From NCBI GenBank assembly GCA_938091905.1, contig CALKOM010000034.1, positions 1 through 12,994 on the forward strand: a stretch of 12,994 bases of DNA. The letters run 5' to 3'. The notes beneath the pieces were generated by a model. That model was given only the letters and a program-made list of their open reading frames with translations, was not told the origin of the DNA and ran no database searches. How positions within the stretch are numbered: the first letter of the stretch is position 1; each line of letters begins with the position of its first letter. Made by a program: the position numbers and the translations under genes. This document shows, piece by piece, positions 8,201-12,994 of this stretch. The DNA is from an uncultured Verrucomicrobiales bacterium. Lineage in GTDB: Bacteria; Verrucomicrobiota; Verrucomicrobiia; Verrucomicrobiales; DEV007.

Positions 8201-8562
8201 ATTACAACTCGAACACTTGCTGGATAGATATTGATCAGATGCTTGCTTGCTTCGGTCTAACACGTGCTGATCTTGGTGACGCACCCAAAGTGGCGCGATC
8301 TATCCGTGAGTTTAGTAGTCGACTCCCTACGTATATTACCCTCAAGGAGGTGAAGAAACGTTGGGGTCACGGGCAAGAAGACATCTTCCCGGTGGCTCAG
8401 TTCGAACGGTTGTGGGGAGACATGACAGCTCTTTCGGATGTTCCTTGTAGCTACGTTGCTGTGCCTCGACTACGGGGCCAGCAACTAAAAGAGCAAGCGC
8501 AACTTGATGGTTGGCTGCGCGATGGATCTCGCGACTTCACGGCTTCTCTGTGCGAGTGGTAG
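5245..8562 (+). CDS. GHMP-family sugar kinase fused to a UDPGP-family (UGPase/UAP/USP-type) sugar-1-phosphate uridylyltransferase
   Basis: 1105 aa, TTG start (or GTG 5251). GHMP motifs: [12 protein letters not shown] (~5794), [11 protein letters not shown] (~6187), GGGWQD (~6355), GGMSGGGMG (~6835). UDPGP motifs: [14 protein letters not shown] (7441), HPVGHW (~7903), HNIDT (~8002), RGGGL, NSNTCWI (~8206), QFE (~8398). Confidence 0.85.
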   Translation: MTVSLKLRDIITATDRETRDTSLEAICEVLSFDELIAECKSLDLFRRESENLYERVRALFFLYAIYRFYLPAKLEETSKDGAAVSFEAYAHLLERRFSEALDHFLDDQASAGYSDAISSALAKTYYELALQNLADQVQSSVRAVRGNQWMFRTGALEDYPLEVRSELLQCENSAYPLIYESTAVRMDLSHSAWSDIFFLGMDFPSGARVLNISVDLAVHGRDAHPRPPVEARFRVIDEPIIRLTSVDLGVSAEITELGDVFNFAKDYLGLLKAALIASGIVPMGLEGSGQRLSVLLETLVGLGRGFELVSCVNDIPKGSRLAVSTNLLGGLIAVCMRATGQTRSLEGPLGEGERRITAARAILGEWLGGSGGGWQDSGGVWPGIKVIEGCPSREGDPEYRISRGRLLPQHTLLGTDVISSEMRDRLRDSLVLVHGGMAQNVGPILEMVTEKYLLRSAKSWEARQESMQLFDAILAALQSGNIKLLGKLTTKNFFGPLQTIIPWATTFFTERLIDLVKVEFGKDFWGFWMLGGMSGGGMGFIFEPGRKVEALERMKVIMVELKGQLQHSLPFAMDPLVYDFSINEAGSSSELLTGEAALMSPGYYAMTLPLLLREDPRTLSQERRAEMERFEIRADADTSYDEVRDKLLTYLFPRSLNGNSSESSLDQLLDANGFDPPLHERIQGDMRRGLIGLSKNRLAASSQVKDVRPGDVTITTTAEDDAIGREALSNGEVAVVTLAAGAASRWTEGAGVVKALHPFCKFEGRHRTFLEVHLAKTRFAGSTHGMLPLHVITTSYLTDEPIRGFLDGVDHYGMSDSVFLSRGRSIGLRLVPMQRDLRFEWEEMPQQRLDERAQKMRASLREALLAWASGAGEGSDYRDNVPLQCLHPVGHWYEVPNLLLNGTLADLLSQRPQLRTLMLHNIDTVGANVDAAMLGYHRRTNAALTFELIRRRLEDRGGGLARVNGSLRLVEGLSMPREEDEFKLTYYNSNTCWIDIDQMLACFGLTRADLGDAPKVARSIREFSSRLPTYITLKEVKKRWGHGQEDIFPVAQFERLWGDMTALSDVPCSYVAVPRLRGQQLKEQAQLDGWLRDGSRDFTASLCEW

Positions 8563-8563
8563 T

Positions 8564-10738
8564 TTAGCGAAGGATTCGATCTCGCAACTCATGCAAACGA
8601 TCTAGATGGATACCGGGAGGTTGTTTTTCTAACAACCATTCGATATCTGCGATGGCGCGCTGCCCAGCATTGCTCTGGTAGAGAAGGAGAGCTCTGCTCA
8701 GGTGCGAAGAGGCATCCTCAGGATCGATGGCTAAGAGGAGGTCGAGTTCTGGGATTGCTTGGGTTGGGTCTTCAGAGTCCAGGTCGATTCCGATGAGATT
8801 CCTTAGCATTCGAGTGAGAATAGAGCGTTTGCCCGCAGGATCGAGATCTGTTTCGTTGAGATCTCTGCCAGTTGTCGCGAGCACTAAGTTTTCGGCGTCT
8901 TCCGTGGTGAGCAGTTTACCACCATCAAATACATCGATCAGTTGATTTTTACCTTCTCCGGAGCGGTGTTGCAGCACGAAGTGGCCCGGCAATGGAATCC
9001 CGTGAAGGCCGGTGACTTCAAGTCGTTGCGCGAGTTCCATGTAGAGCACTGACAACGTGATGGGGATTCCCTCGCGATCTTCCAGCACCACGTTCAGATA
9101 ACTATTGTCGCGGGCATAATAGTCGCTCCGACTGCCGTGAAAGCCGAGTTGCTGAAATAGGTAGTCTGACAATGAGGCGAGCTTCTCCGTTGCATTCGCA
9201 TTCTCCTTCAGTGAGCTGCGGATTTCTTCTGCCATGGAGTCCAACTCTTTGCGATAAGCTTCCACGTTGAGATTAGGATCATTGAGTAGTGCGATCAGAA
9301 GTCCGGTATGAAAAAGATCGATTTCATGATCCTTCTTGTTTTCTAACAAACGCTTTGTCTCTTGGATGACGTGTTGGCGGTGTAGGTCAAGTGACCAGTT
9401 TCGTAAGTTCTCTGCCTGTATCTCAAGGGCGCGTGCCTTCTCTTCGATAAGTGCTTTAGCAATCTTTGGTGTTGATTCTAACGTTGATACGCTATCTTCG
9501 TTGGGTTCCTTGAGCCACTGATTAAGCGCCTCGTTGAGAGCCGGATCTATCTGCTCAACGGCACCAGCTTCCCCATGCGAGAATGCTTGAAAGGAAGCTG
9601 CCGTATCGCGGAACTTGCAGAGGCCAACCTGTCCGCCGCGTAGAGCTTCATGCTCGACACTGACGACTTCATCGCCATTGACGTAGCCAGTGATGGTGGC
9701 TCCGTTGACCACGACTCGGAGGTGATTCCATTCGCCTTGGCGGTAGGATGGAACGGGAACGTCCGCTAGGATGTTCCAGGAAAACACATCCGGCCCTGCG
9801 AAATGAGTGAGTCGGAGTTGCCCGCCACTGGGATAAAAGCCGTAGTGTCGATCTCCACCATCTGAGGCAAAGGCAAGACCAGCCGCTCCTGCTTCGTCAT
9901 CGAGCCTAACTTTGACCTGTACATCGAAGGCTGTCTCGTTTGGGGGGGCTTGATAAAGGCAAAGCGATCGCCCACCGAATCCGGCGGCTTTGCCGTTGAC
10001 GGAAATGGTTCCGGCGCGCTGCCGCCAGTCTGCTCCTTCTTGGAGTGGCTTCCATTGGCGTGGGTTCAATTTTCCAACCGTTACCCAACGTTCGATGGGG
10101 ATGGGATTGGGGCTTTCCAACAAGAGTTTTAGCGCGTTCACCGGCATAGCGAAACCGATGTTGTCGCTTACCTGGGATTTCAGTGACGGGATCCCGATCA
10201 CTTGGCCTTGTCGGTTGAGTAGCGGGCCGCCACTATTTCCAGGTTCTATCGGAATTGCTAATTGAATCATCGAATAGCCTTCCATGGCTCGAGTAGCGGA
10301 GACGACACCTTCTACCACGCTGAAACGAAACCCCTGAGGATTCCCCATGGCCACGACGGAGAGTCCATCGGGGATATTGTCAGAGTTGCCTAGCGGAAGT
10401 GTGGGGACATTCTCTTCCGTGACTCGTATCAGGGCGAGATCAAGCTTGCGATCTGAGGCATGGATACTCTTCACAGTGAGTTCCTTCCCATCAGAGGTTG
10501 TCACCCGAATCCTTCGTGCTTCGCCGATGACGTGAAGATTAGTGGCGATGAGCCCTTTCTTGACGAAGAATCCGGAACCCTCTCGATCGGCGCGCCCGGG
10601 GCGTGAATCGTGAGTGATGGTAACCAGCGAAGGGCGTACTTCTCTAGCGATGACTTCTGAAGTCTTGTCCTCCTCGTTCGCGTAAGAGTTTAGCACGAAG
10701 GAAACAATGAAGAGAGCAATGAACCGATATCTCACCAT
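8564..10738 (-). CDS. Secreted multidomain protein: trypsin-like serine peptidase + DUF1080/LamG-like domain + SirB1 (transglutaminase-like) domain + TPR
   Basis: 724 aa with a signal peptide. The S1 triad is intact: ATNLHV, DLAL, GNSGGPL. A beta-sandwich follows (AGLAF...GEWNHLRVVVNGATITGYVNG...GGQVGL). SirB1 motifs are GFHGSRSDYY..NSYLNVVLEDREGIPITLSVLY, LPGHF and RMLRNL, then a terminal TPR. No PDZ domain. Confidence 0.88.
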   Translation of the reverse strand: MVRYRFIALFIVSFVLNSYANEEDKTSEVIAREVRPSLVTITHDSRPGRADREGSGFFVKKGLIATNLHVIGEARRIRVTTSDGKELTVKSIHASDRKLDLALIRVTEENVPTLPLGNSDNIPDGLSVVAMGNPQGFRFSVVEGVVSATRAMEGYSMIQLAIPIEPGNSGGPLLNRQGQVIGIPSLKSQVSDNIGFAMPVNALKLLLESPNPIPIERWVTVGKLNPRQWKPLQEGADWRQRAGTISVNGKAAGFGGRSLCLYQAPPNETAFDVQVKVRLDDEAGAAGLAFASDGGDRHYGFYPSGGQLRLTHFAGPDVFSWNILADVPVPSYRQGEWNHLRVVVNGATITGYVNGDEVVSVEHEALRGGQVGLCKFRDTAASFQAFSHGEAGAVEQIDPALNEALNQWLKEPNEDSVSTLESTPKIAKALIEEKARALEIQAENLRNWSLDLHRQHVIQETKRLLENKKDHEIDLFHTGLLIALLNDPNLNVEAYRKELDSMAEEIRSSLKENANATEKLASLSDYLFQQLGFHGSRSDYYARDNSYLNVVLEDREGIPITLSVLYMELAQRLEVTGLHGIPLPGHFVLQHRSGEGKNQLIDVFDGGKLLTTEDAENLVLATTGRDLNETDLDPAGKRSILTRMLRNLIGIDLDSEDPTQAIPELDLLLAIDPEDASSHLSRALLLYQSNAGQRAIADIEWLLEKQPPGIHLDRLHELRDRILR

Positions 10739-12021
10739 TCGATTCGGTCCTCAGATGAAATGAAGGCATTGGCCGCAGCCATATTGGTCACAGCCATTTT
10801 GTTCGGGTCCCACTCAAGGCGCTCGCCGGGTGTTCTAAGTGCGACATTCCCTAACAAGACGGCCTCTGTAAGTGGGCCACTATAAGAGAAGTTTGCGCCG
10901 GCAGGTTGGCCACCTTTGCAAGCATCAATGAACTCCTGATAGTGACCTGAGGAACGCGGTAGCGTGGCGCTCGGACGCTTGTAGGCCTGCATGGCCTTTT
11001 CAGGAATCAAACGCACGCCATCACCGAGTCCTCCAGTCATGATCTTGCCCTTATTGCCAATGTAGAGTGTGCCACCGAAGTGATCTCCCATTTGGCGATT
11101 AGCCTCAAGTTCGGCAGGGCGTTCAGGCACACGTTTGCCATCGTGCCAGACGATTTTGACAGGAGGGAAGCCATCGCGTTTCGGGAACTGATAGGTGATT
11201 GTTGATGCCTTGGGCGCGGTTTCTTTCGAAAGGCCGCTGGCTTCGGCTTGCACGGATGTGGGCGCGGTTAACTTGAGACTACGGAAGATTGGATCGAAGT
11301 GATGGCATCCCATGTCGCCAAGCGCACCACAGCCAAAGTCCCACCAGCCGCGCCATTTGAACGGATGGTAAGCTGGATGATAGGGTCTCACGGGGGCAGG
11401 GCCTAAATAAAGATCCCAATTGATATGGTCAGGAACTGGTGGCGAATCCTTGGGCCGCTCGATGCCTTGGGGCCAGATTGGGCGGCTGGACCATGTGTGA
11501 ACCTCGGTGACATCGCCGATGGCTCTGTCGGCGATCCATTCGGTCAGGACGCGATGCGAGTCCTTGGCATTCCACTGGATTGACATTTGTGTTGCGACGT
11601 TCGTCTCGGCTGCGCGCTGGGTTACTTTGCGTGCTTCCGCGACTGTACGCGTCATGGGCTTGGCACAGTAAATGTGCTTTCCTAGATCCATCGCTGCGAG
11701 TGCGATACTCGCGTGCGTGTGATCTGGGGTGCCGATGACGACTCCATCGATGTGTTTCTCCTTCTCCAGCAGGATACGAAAGTCCTCGTAGCGTTTGGCT
11801 TTGGGGTATTGGGAGAAGGTCTTTGCGGCAAATTCGGAATCGACGTCTGCGAGAGCCACGATGTTCTGGCTAGAGAGTTCCTTGAGATAGTTGGCTCCCA
11901 TGCCTCCGACGCCGACGCCCGCGAGGTTGAGGGTCTTACTGGGTGCCCTGGCTCCTAGAAGATCGTTCGCTATGACGAGAGGCACCGCTGCTGCACCCTG
12001 AATGATTTCACGCCGTTTCAT
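10732..12021 (-). CDS. Gfo/Idh/MocA family NAD(P)-dependent oxidoreductase with twin-arginine-type N-terminus
   Basis: 429 aa. MKRREII start, Rossmann motif GVGVGGMG, TPDHTH, KHIYCAKP, WDLYLGPAP and WRGWWDFGCGALGDMGCH. The stop overlaps the next start (ATGGTGA, 7 nt). Confidence 0.95.
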   Translation of the reverse strand: MKRREIIQGAAAVPLVIANDLLGARAPSKTLNLAGVGVGGMGANYLKELSSQNIVALADVDSEFAAKTFSQYPKAKRYEDFRILLEKEKHIDGVVIGTPDHTHASIALAAMDLGKHIYCAKPMTRTVAEARKVTQRAAETNVATQMSIQWNAKDSHRVLTEWIADRAIGDVTEVHTWSSRPIWPQGIERPKDSPPVPDHINWDLYLGPAPVRPYHPAYHPFKWRGWWDFGCGALGDMGCHHFDPIFRSLKLTAPTSVQAEASGLSKETAPKASTITYQFPKRDGFPPVKIVWHDGKRVPERPAELEANRQMGDHFGGTLYIGNKGKIMTGGLGDGVRLIPEKAMQAYKRPSATLPRSSGHYQEFIDACKGGQPAGANFSYSGPLTEAVLLGNVALRTPGERLEWDPNKMAVTNMAAANAFISSEDRIEW

Positions 12022-12096
12022 ACCCTATTCTGGGCGGTGAGGCGGTGAAAGGCCAGCCTTGGAATCTGGGATATTTACCAGGACGTAGTCGCTTAC

Positions 12097-12150
12097 CATA
12101 AATTGAAATTTCATATCTAAAAGTAATTAATATAATTTAGCTGTATAAAG
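12097..12150. promoter_or_regulatory. AT-rich divergent promoter region
   Basis: Sharply AT-rich patch containing the palindrome TGAAATTTCA (12104-12113), TTGAAA (12103) and TATAAT (12131). The -35/-10 spacing is non-canonical. Confidence 0.35.
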
Positions 12151-12151
12151 C

Positions 12152-12508
12152 ATGGATTCAATCGCGTCGTCGTCAGGGGCTACTCGCCCGTCTCTCATTC
12201 TGGAGGAATGGGCTGTTCAGCAGCTCAAAACCCACTGGCTGAATCTTGAAATCCTGGAGGTTTTCCCTCTGAAGGCAAAAGAAATGGTTTCTTTCAAGGG
12301 GACGATGCCTGAGGTCAGGGAGATCGGTATCCGCCTGTTGACGGTAGATCCCAAGCACGCAGGGGGATCGGCTCGTCTAGCCTTGGCTTTCCACCGGGCG
12401 CAAGCTCTGGTCGGCATCGAGAATGCCTTTAGCATTCCTACCCTGCAAGCAGAAGCGTGGCCAGCGGTGTCCGAAACGCCATGCTGTCATCAGTTCCAAG
12501 GGATTTGA
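12152..12508 (+). pseudogene. Possible truncated gene start (one TPR-like repeat); tail reads into the antisense of the porin remnant
   Basis: ATG follows the AT-rich patch. RLLTVDPKHAGGSARLALAFHRAQALVGIENAF resembles a TPR unit. The last ~18 codons overlap the minus-strand porin fragment. Confidence 0.3.
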
Positions 12509-12760
12509 AGCCTACTCCGAAATCGAATTTGTCCACTATTCCGCCCAAAAAGACATGATAGTAGTCAGCTTGATAGTCTAGCGGGCTGTCGGCGGCATCT
12601 GTCTGGTGCGCATACTCCGCTAAGAACCTCAGCTTAAATGGGTCTGAGAGCGGATAAGTTCCAGACAATGATAGACCAAAAGTATTGTTGCTTTGGGCAT
12701 TACCTGCGTTGTTTTCAAGATCCAGGAGGTAGGCATAGGCAGTAACTTTGGTATTTGGGA
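12438..12760 (-). pseudogene. Internal fragment of an alginate-export (AlgE-like) family outer-membrane beta-barrel gene
   Basis: The frame extends upstream of the track ORF: PNTKVTAYAYLLDLENNAGNAQSNNTFGLSLSGTYPLSDPFKLRFLAEYAHQTDAADSPLDYQADYYHVFLGG...GFKSLGTDDSMAFRTPLATL. It shows amphipathic beta-strands and the family-like FxTPLATL motif. The usual H.FNGWAD continuation is missing and the 5' part is cut at the IS end. Confidence 0.75.
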
Positions 12761-12831
12761 TGGAGTTCCCCCAAGAAAGTGGACATGGACCGGACAGATC
12801 GCTCTGTTAGTTTAGGTGTGTTTTCTGCGTT
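12761..12831 (-). mobile_element. Terminal remnant (probable right end) of an IS3-family element
   Basis: Starts TGGAGTTCCCCCAAGAAAGTGGACA, the 5'-TG ... GGACA pattern of IS3-type IRs, exactly where porin homology stops. The minus frame reads AENTPKLTERSVRSMSTFLGELH, resembling an OrfB tail that runs through the IRR. Confidence 0.55.
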
Positions 12832-12994
12832 TGGAAGTGGTAGCCCCAAACGGAGCCATGTAGCTATTGAGATTTCGAAGGCTCGTCTGCGGTGATCAAC
12901 CCAAGTAAAACAGACGAAATGAAGCGAAAGAGAAGACACCTCACACCTGAATTCAAAGCACGAGTCGCCATCGAAGCCCTTCAGGGCCTCAAAA
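12832..12994 (+). mobile_element. IS3-family insertion sequence, left end (partial)
   Basis: IR-like TGGAAGTGGTAGCCCCAAACGGAGCCA starts at 12832, 87 nt upstream of a transposase OrfA start. The true left end could alternatively be 12761. Confidence 0.65.
12919..12994 (+). CDS. IS3-family transposase OrfA, N-terminus (partial)
   Basis: Not in the ORF track; translated by hand as MKRKRRHLTPEFKARVAIEALQGLK, a characteristic HTH_Tnp_1 N-terminus (RR.F/L..EFKA.VA.EAL.G.K). Confidence 0.88.
   Translation, partial: MKRKRRHLTPEFKARVAIEALQGLK

Noticed and set aside
12715..12939. 74-aa minus-strand ORF
   Set aside because: A composite frame crossing two IS ends and the porin remnant; not a single gene.
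1..12994. CRISPR array, tRNA/rRNA, phage or defence genes
   Set aside because: No regularly spaced repeats, cloverleaf signatures, or nuclease, RT, integrase or phage motifs were recognised by eye.

Overview
Bacterial chromosomal window of moderate GC. The gene repertoire and scarcity of Shine-Dalgarno sites suggest Verrucomicrobiota or another PVC organism (inference). From left to right it holds: a partial lipoprotein gene, a probably decayed secreted-protein gene, and a HAD phosphatase divergent from a secreted TPR/His-rich + CxxC redoxin protein. Next is a two-gene sugar-nucleotide unit: a GalU-like nucleotidyltransferase with a degenerate signature motif, followed in the same frame by a 1105-aa GHMP kinase / UDPGP-family pyrophosphorylase fusion. 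A convergent operon encodes a Tat-type Gfo/Idh/MocA oxidoreductase coupled to a trypsin-DUF1080-SirB1-TPR protein. The right end is a decay zone: an alginate-export-family porin fragment cut by an IS3-type end, apparently itself interrupted by a second IS3-family element that runs off the window. The best candidate for an uncharacterised system is the kinase-pyrophosphorylase fusion with its partner (putative sugar salvage/activation pathway), followed by the oxidoreductase plus protease-DUF1080-SirB1 operon. All domain calls come from motif recognition by eye, not database searches.
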